Assembly: GCA_045562535.1 (NCBI GenBank)
Contig: JBJKVP010000008.1
Location: 21,180 to 85,179, forward strand
Direction: 5' to 3'
Length of the DNA stretch: 64,000 nt
From: Dehalococcoidia bacterium
GTDB taxonomy: Bacteria; Chloroflexota; Dehalococcoidia; UBA6926
Shown: positions 26,141-35,730 of the stretch, piece after piece
Position numbering within the stretch: the first letter of the stretch is position 1
Layout: each line of letters opens with the position of its first letter
Made by a program: the position numbers and the translations under genes
The notes under the pieces: model-generated
Seen by the model: only the letters and a program-made list of their open reading frames with translations
What the model was told of the DNA's origin: nothing
Database searches by the model: none

Positions 26141-26755
26141 TTGACGAATAAAATTAAACTTCCAGTAACAGTTTGGTACGATTATATTTGACCTTGGTGT
26201 TATATCGGCCAGGATCGGGTCGAACAACTAAAAAATGACTTTGATGTGGAAATCGATTATAGAGCCTTTTTCCTCAGGCCTGACCTACCACCAGAAGGTA
26301 TGCCTAGACCTGAAAAATACAACAATCCTAACAGCCCCGTTCAAAGGGCAGCCGAAGAAGCAGGTATATTGATGAACCGACCTGCAATAGTTCCATACAC
26401 TCGTCTTGCGCTTGAGGCAACTGAGGCGGCTAAATCTCTTGGACAAGGAGAGAAGTTTCATGAACTAGCCTACGCTTCCTACTGGGAGGATGGTACGGAC
26501 TTAGGAAAAATTGATAACCTAAAACCCATTGTAGAAGCCGCTGAATTAGACTGGGACACTGTAAAACAACATATAGAACAGCGAACCTTCAAAGAAGATG
26601 TTGAAAAGCAATATGAAGAGGCACTCAAAGTAGGAGTGACAGGCATTCCAGCTTATGTCATAGGAAACTATTTCTTTATGGGAGCTCAGCCTTATGAGGT
26701 ATTCAAACAAGTTGCTGAAAAAGCCCTAAAACACATGGAAGAGAATCAAGATTAG
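26141..26755 (+). CDS. DsbA/FrnE-like dithiol oxidoreductase with in-frame TGA (26189-26191) at the first Cys of CPWC; candidate selenoprotein
   Basis: TTG 26141 follows an AGGAAG SD. Translation reads MTNKIKLPVTVWYDYI-[TGA]-PWCYIGQDRVEQL, continuous with the listed ORF 26246-26755. FrnE-type motif W.D..CPWCYIG. Confidence 0.65.
26205..26223 (+). promoter_or_regulatory. candidate SECIS hairpin of the FrnE-like gene
   Basis: UCGGCC (26205-26210) pairs with GGUCGA (26218-26223); 7-nt loop AGGAUCG. The stem starts 14 nt after the TGA. Confidence 0.35.
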
Positions 26756-26848
26756 ATTGATGGAGTTTTTGATGAATAGAATTACGTTTTTATCTAATAA
26801 TCGGGAAGTAAGGCACGTTTTCGTTTCTTACCGGTAAAAGGAATTTGG

Positions 26849-28270
26849 ATGGAGGATTATAGAAGAAGGCCGTTCGAAAAAGTAGTACGTCACCAAATTG
26901 GACGTAAACAACGAACCCTTAAAGTTCGCCGTAGGCCCAATTTGGTACCACACTGGAAAACGCCCTTATCGGGTCTTGGCCTAGCGTTCATCATCAGTAT
27001 CTTAATCGGTACGTTAGCGCTAATGTTACCTGCTTCATCTTCCTCAGGTGTATCGACAAATTTTCTAGACTCCCTTTTTACATCAACTTCTGCAACTTTA
27101 GTTACAGGCCTAATAGTTGTAGAAACATCGCAGCATTGGTCCACCCTAGGTCAATTTATAATATTGCTGCTTATTCAAATAGGTGGCCTAGGATATATGA
27201 CGGGATTAGCTTTCATCCTGATCGCATCGGGCCGCAAGATTTCTCTAAACCAAAGGAAATCTTTACGCCTGGTTTTTGGTGGAGGCAGATTAGGTAATAT
27301 CGATCTAGAAGCAAAAAATATTTTGTTATATTCCTTGGGAATTCAGTTAATAGGAGCTGTGCTTCTTGCCATTTATTTCATACTAAATGGGAGCAATTTT
27401 ACCGAATCTTCTTGGCATGGGATATTCCACGCCGTATCAGCTTTTCAGAACGCAGGATTCGACATCACTATGGGGAATTCTATATCTGCCTATAGATTTG
27501 ATAGTTTTATTGTGACCGTAATAACCGCGCTATCATTATTGGGAGCAACGGGATTCAATGTCCTCTTTGCTATAATCATCATTCGCAAATGGCGCCCAAT
27601 GAACCTAGATCTAAAACTAGTTATTCTCGGTTCATTTATTATCATAATTATTGGTTTTATTGGCATCCTTATTTCCGAATGGAACAATACCTCAACATTA
27701 GCTAACGTACCTCTGAGCCAAAAATTAATAGACTCTTTTTCTTTAGCTATAGGTGGCAGAACTTCAGGGTTTACTACAATGCCGATATCAGATCTACGTG
27801 ACTACACCCTTTTCCTATTGGCTTGCCTAATGGCTATTGGGGGTGCCGCTGGTTCCATGACCGGAGGAATTAAAATAGGCGTTTTCATGATTATGATTTT
27901 TACACTTTGGTCGACGCTGCGAGGTAGGATTAGGACAGTAGCCTTTCGTAAAGAAATACCTGATGCTCAAGTTCGCAGGGCATTCTCAATAGTAGCTTTA
28001 GCATTCATTTACGTTAATTTAAGCTCTCTATTCCTTAGCTTAATTGAAACCCAACCTTTCATTGAAATATTGTTCGAAATAGTTTCTGCTTTTGGGTTAG
28101 TTGGTTTATCCACGGGAATAACCTCCGAATTCTCAGTTTTAGGTAAACTAGTGTTGATATTATCAATGTTTATTGGAAGGCTTTTACCTATATATATTGC
28201 TTTAGAATTGGCTTACCGAGAGAGGAAACCACTATATCGGTTCCCTCAAGAAGAGGTTAGGATAGGATAG
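26849..28270 (+). CDS. trkH: Trk/Ktr-type potassium uptake membrane subunit
   Basis: 473 aa polytopic protein with repeated pore-loop-like GxG segments (TGL, GGLG, NAGF, TSGF, STGI). Confidence 0.8.
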   Translation: MEDYRRRPFEKVVRHQIGRKQRTLKVRRRPNLVPHWKTPLSGLGLAFIISILIGTLALMLPASSSSGVSTNFLDSLFTSTSATLVTGLIVVETSQHWSTLGQFIILLLIQIGGLGYMTGLAFILIASGRKISLNQRKSLRLVFGGGRLGNIDLEAKNILLYSLGIQLIGAVLLAIYFILNGSNFTESSWHGIFHAVSAFQNAGFDITMGNSISAYRFDSFIVTVITALSLLGATGFNVLFAIIIIRKWRPMNLDLKLVILGSFIIIIIGFIGILISEWNNTSTLANVPLSQKLIDSFSLAIGGRTSGFTTMPISDLRDYTLFLLACLMAIGGAAGSMTGGIKIGVFMIMIFTLWSTLRGRIRTVAFRKEIPDAQVRRAFSIVALAFIYVNLSSLFLSLIETQPFIEILFEIVSAFGLVGLSTGITSEFSVLGKLVLILSMFIGRLLPIYIALELAYRERKPLYRFPQEEVRIG

Positions 28271-28315
28271 TGACCAAAATTTCTTCACAGAATAAAAACG
28301 GAGTTTAGGAGGTAT

Positions 28316-28984
28316 TTGATGACAAATCAACAAGTTGTGGTAATCGGTCTTGGACTTTTTGGAGGAACTGTAGCAAAGAGATTGTTTGACCAAAATCATC
28401 AAGTGCTTGGTATAGACCAAAACGAGAGAGTCGTTAACGAAATCGCACCCTATATTACTGAGGCGGTTCAAGCTGACGCAACCGACGAAACAGCTTTAAA
28501 AGACCTGGGCGTAGGAGATTATGATATTGCGATTGTTGGTTTTGGACGAGATGTGCCGACAAGCCTTATGGTCACAGTTTTATTAAAAAATCTGCAACTT
28601 CCATACATTGTAGCTCGATCGCATGATCCTCTTCACGCTGCCACACTTGAACGTATTGGAGCCGATAAAATAATATCCCCGGAGGAAGAAACAGGCGAAA
28701 GACTTGCACATAGCCTGGGTTACCCTAAAGTTGTCGATTATCTAGGTGTTTCTCGAAATTTTGGCATCAGTAAATTTGTACCAAGCGAAACTCACGTCGG
28801 TAAAACCCTTGAAGACATAGGTTTCAGCGATGGAACAGATGCGGAAAAAGCAAGGGTAGTTCTAATGCGACGTGGGCAAAACGAGATCATTTACTCACCT
28901 GATAGATTTGAGAAATTAGCGGTAGGCGATGAGTTAGTAATCGCTAGCCTTGATGAAGCCCTAGATGACTTAATGTCTATATAA
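28316..28984 (+). CDS. trkA: TrkA/KtrA potassium uptake regulatory protein (RCK N+C domains)
   Basis: VVVIGLGLFGG Rossmann motif plus a C-terminal TrkA-C domain. Follows trkH. Confidence 0.85.
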   Translation: MMTNQQVVVIGLGLFGGTVAKRLFDQNHQVLGIDQNERVVNEIAPYITEAVQADATDETALKDLGVGDYDIAIVGFGRDVPTSLMVTVLLKNLQLPYIVARSHDPLHAATLERIGADKIISPEEETGERLAHSLGYPKVVDYLGVSRNFGISKFVPSETHVGKTLEDIGFSDGTDAEKARVVLMRRGQNEIIYSPDRFEKLAVGDELVIASLDEALDDLMSI

Positions 28985-29020
28985 AGGTTTACCTCTTTGC
29001 AAACCCCAAACTAGATATAC
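28984..29020 (+). repeat. copy A of a ~37-nt repeated hairpin element
   Basis: AAGGTTTACCTCTTTGCAAACCCCAAACTAGATATAC. Stem GGTTT/AAACC. The 15-mer CCAAACTAGATATAC is identical to copy B. Confidence 0.7.
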
Positions 29021-29056
29021 CAGAAAGACTGAATAAATTAGATGGGAGGCCCCATA

Positions 29057-30835
29057 ATGGAAGACTCTAAATCTAGCGGCTTTGCACCACAGGAATATGG
29101 CTCTGATGTCATTGTTGATACGTTGCATGGCCTTGGAATTGACTACATCGCTATGAATCCTGGAGCAACGTTCCGGGGAATCCATGACTCCATTGTAAAC
29201 CACCTCGGGAACCAGCAACCCGAGCTTATTCTATGCAACCACGAGGTGATCGCCGTTTCGTTAGCCCAGGGGTATGGTCGAGCAGCAGGAAAACCGATGG
29301 CGGCATTCGTTCATGATATTGTAGGTCTACTAAACGGTTCTATGGCAATATTTGATGCCTGGATGGGCCGCTCTGGGGTGCTGGTGTTGGGTGCAACAGG
29401 GCCCGTAGACACTACTCATCGCCGACCTTGGATCGATTGGATCCACACTGCCAATGTTCAAGGGGAAGCTGTGAGGAATTTTGTGAAATGGGACGACCAA
29501 CCCGCGAGCATCGAAGCCTCCGTTGAATCACTAATTCGGGGGTACAACCTAGTAACATCAGAACCACTAGGACCAGTATATATATGTTTCGATGCCGACG
29601 TTCAAGAGCAAAAACTGGAAACCCCCTACAAGCTCCCAGATTTTTCACAATACCCAAAACCAACGAGGCTTCAGGCTGATACAAGTGCGCTCGAAAAGGT
29701 GGCAAGTCTACTTATCGACGCTGAAAACCCCGTTGTGCTAGCAAACTTCCTTGGGAGATCAGATGAAGCTGTCCAAGGCTTAATCAAGCTAGCAGAAAGT
29801 CTCTCTATACCAGTAATAAATGGAGGCGATTTCTTCAACTTCCCTACGCGCCATCCCCTATATGCTGCTGATTCCAAGGACACTCTTTTGGCAGAAGCTG
29901 ACGTTGTTTTAGCTTTGGACGTTTATGATCTCCAGCAAGAACTCACGGTCGTTAATAGGGATACACGCACGACCCAGAATATCCTAGGATCAGATACCAA
30001 ATTGATCGACATATCACTTAGACAACTGTTAACAAAAAGTTGGGCAGATGATCATGGTCACCTTTATCCGACAGAAATGTCTGTTGCCGCGGAAACATCA
30101 CTAGCATTACCAGCCTTAGCGGAAATTGTTCAACATAAACTAGATGATGAGACCGTTTCACTCGCGAAAATTATAGAACGGAACCAGCGTATCAAAGACC
30201 TTCATGAAACCAGCTTGGCGAAAAACCAGGATATCGCCAAATACCAGTCTGGCGAGCACCCTTTAGCTCTCTCGACGATTGCACAAGAATTGTGGGATAT
30301 CGTACAGGAAGATGACTGGGTAATCGGTAATGGCAATCTGCGTGGCTGGGTTCAGAAGCTATGGGATATCAAGCATCCCTACCAAGACATGCGGGCGCGC
30401 GGGGGAGGAGGACTTGGAGAAGGTCTAGGTCATGCCATTGGAGTTGCACTCGCTAATCGTGACAAAGGAAGGTTAACAATCAATATTCAATCTGACGGAG
30501 ACATGCTTTTCACTCCAGCTGCATTATGGACCGCCGTTCATCACCGTATACCCTTACTAATTATCATGTACAACAACCGCAGCTATGGAAACGACCTAGG
30601 GCACCAAGGTTCTATGGCAAATGTCCGCTCTCGACCAATGGAGCGCAGGACAATCGGGATTGACATTGATGATCCTAACGTGGATTTCGCAGCTTTGGCA
30701 CGTTCCTTCGGTGCATGGGCAGAAGGGCCTATAGAGACAATTGAAGACTTGGGGCCCGCCATCAAACGTGCAAAAGACGAGGTTATGATAAACGGTCGAG
30801 TAGCTTTAGTAGATGTTTACACTCAAACTTTATAG
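29057..30835 (+). CDS. thiamine-diphosphate-dependent enzyme (acetolactate-synthase-like superfamily, unknown specificity)
   Basis: N-terminal Pyr domain (GID.I..NPG, LNG) and C-terminal ThDP motif GGGLGEG..N-SDGD...NN. A GGGAGG SD favours ATG 29057. Confidence 0.8.
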   Translation: MEDSKSSGFAPQEYGSDVIVDTLHGLGIDYIAMNPGATFRGIHDSIVNHLGNQQPELILCNHEVIAVSLAQGYGRAAGKPMAAFVHDIVGLLNGSMAIFDAWMGRSGVLVLGATGPVDTTHRRPWIDWIHTANVQGEAVRNFVKWDDQPASIEASVESLIRGYNLVTSEPLGPVYICFDADVQEQKLETPYKLPDFSQYPKPTRLQADTSALEKVASLLIDAENPVVLANFLGRSDEAVQGLIKLAESLSIPVINGGDFFNFPTRHPLYAADSKDTLLAEADVVLALDVYDLQQELTVVNRDTRTTQNILGSDTKLIDISLRQLLTKSWADDHGHLYPTEMSVAAETSLALPALAEIVQHKLDDETVSLAKIIERNQRIKDLHETSLAKNQDIAKYQSGEHPLALSTIAQELWDIVQEDDWVIGNGNLRGWVQKLWDIKHPYQDMRARGGGGLGEGLGHAIGVALANRDKGRLTINIQSDGDMLFTPAALWTAVHHRIPLLIIMYNNRSYGNDLGHQGSMANVRSRPMERRTIGIDIDDPNVDFAALARSFGAWAEGPIETIEDLGPAIKRAKDEVMINGRVALVDVYTQTL

Positions 30836-30869
30836 TTCAGCTCTAAACATTAACACTCCCCGATGTTTG

Positions 30870-30907
30870 AAGGATTTACCCTTTGCATGAATCCAAACTA
30901 GATATAC
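30870..30907 (+). repeat. copy B of the repeated hairpin element
   Basis: AAGGATTTACCCTTTGCATGAATCCAAACTAGATATAC. Stem GGATTT/GAATCC. Confidence 0.7.
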
Positions 30908-30969
30908 ACTTATCGTGCGATACCATAAAATTAACGTTACTAATAACGTACTAATAGGAGATTTGTCTT

Positions 30970-31803
30970 ATGACACAGGTTAGCCCTCACGTCTATCAAT
31001 GCCATATCCCTGATAAACACTACATGCATCCGGGAGGAACCAATATATATTTTATTGGAGATCCCAAAAAAACTATGCTTATGCTTGATACTGGCGAACA
31101 TGATCGCTCTTGGACGAAGCAGATTTTAGACTATTGGAAAGACGAACTAGGAAGCCCCAAAATATCCTCTATTTTAATTTCTCACGGACACGGAGATCAC
31201 ACAGGGGGAGTAGATAGAATACAAGAAGCAACAGGCGCAATCGTAAGGTGCCACCCTAAGTTAGTAAAAGAGCTTAGACGAGTGCTATCAGATGACGATA
31301 AAGTAGTTCCGTTAAAATCTGGTGAGATGTTGAGATTAGGTGAAGATGTAGCTTTAAAAGCAATTTTTACGCCCGGACACGCAGTCGACCACGTCTGTTA
31401 TAACTTATCAAAAGAACGAGTCCTGTTTACAGGGGATACCATTCTTGGGGCTTCTTCTTCTTCAGTAATGGACCTTAAAGATTATATGAAAACTCTGGAG
31501 AAATTAGCAAAACTGAGAGTAAATACTATATGCCCTGCTCATGGACCAGTAGTTCCGTCTCCGAAAGGGCCTGTATTAGCAAAATCTTATATAGACCACC
31601 GAAACATGCGTGAAAAACAAGTTCTGGAGACACTCGAGAACGGAATAGACAGTATAGAATCAATCCGGAAAACCGTTTACCCTAAAAACCTAAAGAAAGA
31701 TTTGCGGAAACCTGCTGAAAGAAATATTAAAACTCATCTTGATAAATTAATTAAAGACAAGGTTGTCGAAGAGGTTGAGATCACCTATAAACTTGTAAAT
31801 TAG
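30970..31803 (+). CDS. MBL-fold metallo-hydrolase (LACTB2/glyoxalase-II-like)
   Basis: HGHGDH metal motif, downstream GH and D/H ligands, C-terminal helical domain. Confidence 0.8.
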   Translation: MTQVSPHVYQCHIPDKHYMHPGGTNIYFIGDPKKTMLMLDTGEHDRSWTKQILDYWKDELGSPKISSILISHGHGDHTGGVDRIQEATGAIVRCHPKLVKELRRVLSDDDKVVPLKSGEMLRLGEDVALKAIFTPGHAVDHVCYNLSKERVLFTGDTILGASSSSVMDLKDYMKTLEKLAKLRVNTICPAHGPVVPSPKGPVLAKSYIDHRNMREKQVLETLENGIDSIESIRKTVYPKNLKKDLRKPAERNIKTHLDKLIKDKVVEEVEITYKLVN

Positions 31804-31818
31804 AAACGGAGACTCCAA

Positions 31819-32166
31819 ATGGATGGCGGACCTTGCATCTTCTGTGATCTGCAAGAGTCACAGGATCAAAGCCAATTTTTATTTAACAACGAATTGGTTT
31901 ACGCGATCAGGGATATTAATCCTAGAGCCCCGGTCCATATATTAATAATCCCCAAGAAACATATCTCGGATGCATCGGAAATAATGTTTGAAGATGCTGA
32001 TATTCTTTCACAAATGTTTGTTGCGAGTACAACAATTTCAAAGAAAGAAGGGGTAAATAAAAGCGGCTATAGATTAGCAATAAACAAAGGGAAAGATGCG
32101 AATATGACCGTCAATCATCTACATATGCACCTCCTAGGAGGCAGAACACTCGAAAAAGAAGGCTAA
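31819..32166 (+). CDS. HIT-family nucleotide hydrolase (HinT-like)
   Basis: 115 aa. CIFC Zn motif and histidine triad HLHMHLLGG. Confidence 0.85.
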   Translation: MDGGPCIFCDLQESQDQSQFLFNNELVYAIRDINPRAPVHILIIPKKHISDASEIMFEDADILSQMFVASTTISKKEGVNKSGYRLAINKGKDANMTVNHLHMHLLGGRTLEKEG

Positions 32167-32225
32167 GTCGTTAGTGATCATAAATTTCAGCCAACCCAAA
32201 TACGTGATAGTATTGCAGTAATTTA

Positions 32226-32726
32226 ATGAATAATCTTATAAATAAGATAAAAAATATGGTTGGGGTCGCAGGTAACACCGACATATCAAGGCCTATATCA
32301 CGCGTCCTTGTACCAGTCGCCGGATTTCCCATTGATACAGAAGCGTTAGAAGTTGCCCTAAAAGTAACCTCTGCATCCCATGGGCAAGTTTTTGCTGTGT
32401 ATGTTGCCGAAATACCTCTTTCACTTCCATTAAATTCTCTTCCTCCTGAAGATCTAGAAAAAGGTGAGAAAATACTTTCGGAACTAACTGAATACGCTAA
32501 AACCAACAATCGCTCTATTGAAACTGAGTTACTGCTAACAAGGTCAAGGGGCGATACACTTATAAATGAATCCATTGAAAGGGAAGTAGATTTGATAATT
32601 ATGGGAATACAATATACTAAAAACCATGGGGAGTTCGAACTCGACGAAGCCGTGAATAATCTTCTGCAACATTCTCCCAAATCCGTGTGGATTCTACGGG
32701 AATCTACGGAGGCAACACAATCATGA
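32226..32726 (+). CDS. universal stress protein (UspA family)
   Basis: 166 aa with an RVLVPV.G start and C-terminal G...G(9)..S-like region. Its stop overlaps the next gene's start (ATGA). Confidence 0.7.
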   Translation: MNNLINKIKNMVGVAGNTDISRPISRVLVPVAGFPIDTEALEVALKVTSASHGQVFAVYVAEIPLSLPLNSLPPEDLEKGEKILSELTEYAKTNNRSIETELLLTRSRGDTLINESIEREVDLIIMGIQYTKNHGEFELDEAVNNLLQHSPKSVWILRESTEATQS

Positions 32727-33124
32727 ATATCATTATAATGGGCTGCGGAAGAGTAGGTTCATCTTTAGCGTCTAAACTGGACAATGAAAACCATTCAGTG
32801 ACTATTCTAGATCTTGATTCAAATTCATTTAGAAGGCTACCAGAACATTTTAAGGGTACAGCAATGGTAGGTAGTGGAACGGATCAAGGCACTTTAAATA
32901 GAGCAGGGGCTAACGATGCTGATATTTTTATAGCTCTAACACAAGGCGATAACCGTAACTTAACTGCGGTTCAAATAGCCAAACATATATATGGGGTGGC
33001 AAGAGTCATATCGCGTGTTTATGACGATAGCCGTGCACAAATTTTTAAGAACTTAGGTATAGAGACTTTTAGCTCTACAGGAATAATTTCAAATATGATG
33101 CATGATATTATTAGGAATAAATAG
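32723..33124 (+). CDS. TrkA-N (RCK N-terminal, NAD-binding) domain protein
   Basis: MNIIIMGCGRVGSSLA Rossmann motif. Only the N domain is present (134 aa). Confidence 0.75.
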   Translation: MNIIIMGCGRVGSSLASKLDNENHSVTILDLDSNSFRRLPEHFKGTAMVGSGTDQGTLNRAGANDADIFIALTQGDNRNLTAVQIAKHIYGVARVISRVYDDSRAQIFKNLGIETFSSTGIISNMMHDIIRNK

Positions 33125-33164
33125 ATATGAAATGCAATTCATAGTAAGTGAGAGGGAAGTTTAG

Positions 33165-33830
33165 TTGTATATTATTGTTGTTGGCGGCGGAAAAATAGGT
33201 TTTTCGTTAACACAGTCACTATTAAGAAATGGTGACGAAGTACTTTGCATAGAACGGAACGCCGAAAGACACAGTTTCATATCCCAAGAGCTTGGGAGTG
33301 CTTCATATCTTGGAGATGGTTGTGAAGTTAAAGTCCTCCAGGAAATAGGAGCACAAAGAGCGGATGCTTTTATTGCAACAACAGGTGACGATGAAGACAA
33401 CTTAATAGCTTGCCAAGTGGCAAAACATGAATTCAATGTTTCAAGAACCATCGCGCAAATTAATAACCCTCAAAATCGAGACCTTTTCCGAATTCTTGGT
33501 GTAGACGCAACGGTGAACACAACTGAAGTAATTATGTCTCAAATCGCTCAAGAAATGCCAACACACCCACTAATACCTGTATTGAGTTTAAAAGGGACAG
33601 GCCAAGAACTATGTCATGTTGAAATTACTGATGATTCTACTGTCATAGGTAAGAGAGTAGAAGAAATTGATTTGCCAGAGATGAGTAGCGTTTTATTAAT
33701 AATTGATCAGGATAGGGCAGTTAGAACTCCATCCCAGGATGTTATCTTACGATCTGGTGACGAAGTAATCGCTGTTATAAGACCAGAGGACGAAGAACAC
33801 TTAAGACGCCTTCTAACAGGTACATCCTAG
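33165..33830 (+). CDS. trkA: TrkA-family potassium uptake regulatory protein (RCK N+C)
   Basis: YIIVVGGGKIGFSL Rossmann motif plus a TrkA-C domain. Confidence 0.8.
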   Translation: MYIIVVGGGKIGFSLTQSLLRNGDEVLCIERNAERHSFISQELGSASYLGDGCEVKVLQEIGAQRADAFIATTGDDEDNLIACQVAKHEFNVSRTIAQINNPQNRDLFRILGVDATVNTTEVIMSQIAQEMPTHPLIPVLSLKGTGQELCHVEITDDSTVIGKRVEEIDLPEMSSVLLIIDQDRAVRTPSQDVILRSGDEVIAVIRPEDEEHLRRLLTGTS

Positions 33831-33835
33831 ATAAA

Positions 33836-34138
33836 TTATTTATCAGAGCCGTCTCCATTATTTACCCTAGCTTGCTCAACCCACTCTTCCATGTCTTTGC
33901 GAGCTCTGACCGCGGCCTCTCGGCCCTCTGATATAGCATCTCGGAGAGATTCTTGGCCAGTATGCCCTAAGTCTCTAGCGTTACTACGCAATTTTGAGCT
34001 TTTCTGTTTCAATTCAGCTCGAACATCTTCACCTGCCTGCGGAGCAAACAACACCCCCAATATGCCGCCAAATATGGTTCCAGCTATAAACCCAACAAGA
34101 AAGGGTAGGGAACTTCCGTTATCATCTTCGTTAGACAT
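33836..34138 (-). CDS. YtxH-domain protein
   Basis: 100 aa. Single Gly-zipper TM (GFIAGTIFGGILGVLFAPQAG) followed by a charged helix. Confidence 0.7.
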   Translation of the reverse strand: MSNEDDNGSSLPFLVGFIAGTIFGGILGVLFAPQAGEDVRAELKQKSSKLRSNARDLGHTGQESLRDAISEGREAAVRARKDMEEWVEQARVNNGDGSDK

Positions 34139-34233
34139 ACATATTCTCCAAATTCAATACCGTATTTATATATTATGACGCTCAACCACGAGATTCAATA
34201 CCTAAAGTTCTTTAGACAAGTATACAACTATAT

Positions 34234-34518
34234 TTAAGAATTTCGTTTCAAATATTTATTTATCGCTCGATAAAATGCCTTAGCCCCTGAATAAAAGGTG
34301 AATGTTGGGATAAGTGGCTTCACTAGTGCATCAAGAATTAATTTAAGTATAGATTCTAAATTTTTAGAACTCCTTGTTAGTGATCCTATTGATCCATCTA
34401 ATACTCTATTTAATTTAAGAAGCACCCTGACCACTAAAAATAGTATACCAATAGCTAAAATACCGATAAGTATTAGTACTAAATCCCTAGTTACACTTAA
34501 TATTTCTAAAATGTTCAT
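34234..34518 (-). CDS. small membrane-anchored protein (DUF948-like)
   Basis: 94 aa. N-terminal TM plus a helical tail. Sits next to a YtxH gene, as is usual for this pair. Confidence 0.45.
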   Translation of the reverse strand: MNILEILSVTRDLVLILIGILAIGILFLVVRVLLKLNRVLDGSIGSLTRSSKNLESILKLILDALVKPLIPTFTFYSGAKAFYRAINKYLKRNS

Positions 34519-34629
34519 AATAGTATCAGAAAATTCGGTTCACGAAATCAAAATCCTATCCTCAATTAAACCTGCTTCCGTCAAGGAAAGCTCACTTACC
34601 TCTTCAATATTTATGGACTGTAGGTTAGT

Positions 34630-35643
34630 TTAAATGCCTTTGTTTCCAACAAAAACAACTAGATCAGCAACACGGCAGCTATATCCCCACTCATTGTCAT
34701 ACCACGCAACTACTTTAACCATATTATCTTCGATCACCATCGTGGACAAGGAGTCCAAAATCGCGCTATGCGGATCACCTCGGTAATCAGAACTTACCAA
34801 AGGTTCATCACTGTAATCCAATATGCCATTTAAATGGTTCGATGCCGCGTCTAAAAAGGCTTGATTAATCTCCTCAACTGAGGTGGATCCTGAAATTTCT
34901 GCAGTAAAATCAACTATCGATACGGTTGTTGTCGGGACTCGATAGGCCATACCATGGATCCTACCTTTCAGCTCTGGAAGAGCAAGCCCTACTGCTCTTG
35001 CCGCTCCCGTAGAGGTCGGTACGATATTTGCAGCGGCGGTACGAGCCCTTCGTAGATCACCATGTACTTGATCCAAGATATTTTGATCGTTGGTGTACGC
35101 ATGGATCGTTGACATTAACCCTTTTTTAATTTCAAATCGATCATTTATAACTTTTGCGACAGGAGCTATACAGTTAGTAGTGCATGATGCATTAGAAATA
35201 ATATTATGGTTTATTGGATCATACGTATCATCATTTACACCTAAAACTATCGTTTTATCTTCTCCGGAGGCAGGTGCCGATATAATAACCTTTTTCGCCC
35301 CTCCTTTTAGATGGCCAGCTGCTTTGCTCGCATCAGTGAATATCCCTGTTGATTCCACCACAATATCGACTCCCATATCACCCCAAGGGATTTTCGCTGG
35401 ATCTCGCTCTGATACTACTTTAACTTTTTTCCCATTAACTATAAGCCCATCACTATCGGAATCTACTTCTCCAGGAAACCTTCCGTAAGTGCTATCAAAT
35501 TTTAATAAATGTGCATTAGTCTCTGGGCTAGTTAGATCATTAACCGCTACTACCTCAAGATCATCGGGATATCTATCCAAAATCGCTTTGAATACTTGCC
35601 TACCGATTCTACCAAAACCATTAATTCCTACCGTAAAAGTCAT
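34630..35643 (-). CDS. gap: glyceraldehyde-3-phosphate dehydrogenase
   Basis: INGFGRIGR and active site SNASCTTNC. Confidence 0.95.
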   Translation of the reverse strand: MTFTVGINGFGRIGRQVFKAILDRYPDDLEVVAVNDLTSPETNAHLLKFDSTYGRFPGEVDSDSDGLIVNGKKVKVVSERDPAKIPWGDMGVDIVVESTGIFTDASKAAGHLKGGAKKVIISAPASGEDKTIVLGVNDDTYDPINHNIISNASCTTNCIAPVAKVINDRFEIKKGLMSTIHAYTNDQNILDQVHGDLRRARTAAANIVPTSTGAARAVGLALPELKGRIHGMAYRVPTTTVSIVDFTAEISGSTSVEEINQAFLDAASNHLNGILDYSDEPLVSSDYRGDPHSAILDSLSTMVIEDNMVKVVAWYDNEWGYSCRVADLVVFVGNKGI

Positions 35644-35730
35644 TACTCACATCCCCCTATTATTAATAATATTGATTCTAACAAAATTCTGAATAAAATA
35701 TGAAACCTTCTTAATAATTACAGACCTTAA

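Noticed and set aside
28984-29003. Read the repeated element as a sigma54 promoter (GG..TTGCA).
   Set aside because: Both copies have 11 nt between GG and GC rather than the invariant 10, and TGGCAC is absent.
32171-32680. A 169-aa minus-strand ORF antisense to the universal stress protein gene.
   Set aside because: Its sequence is Ser-rich and low in complexity with no motif, whereas the + strand frame has a USP-like sequence and translational coupling to the next gene. The same reasoning applies to the other long antisense ORFs (12152-12625, 35090-35488, 40831-41166, 53329-53676).
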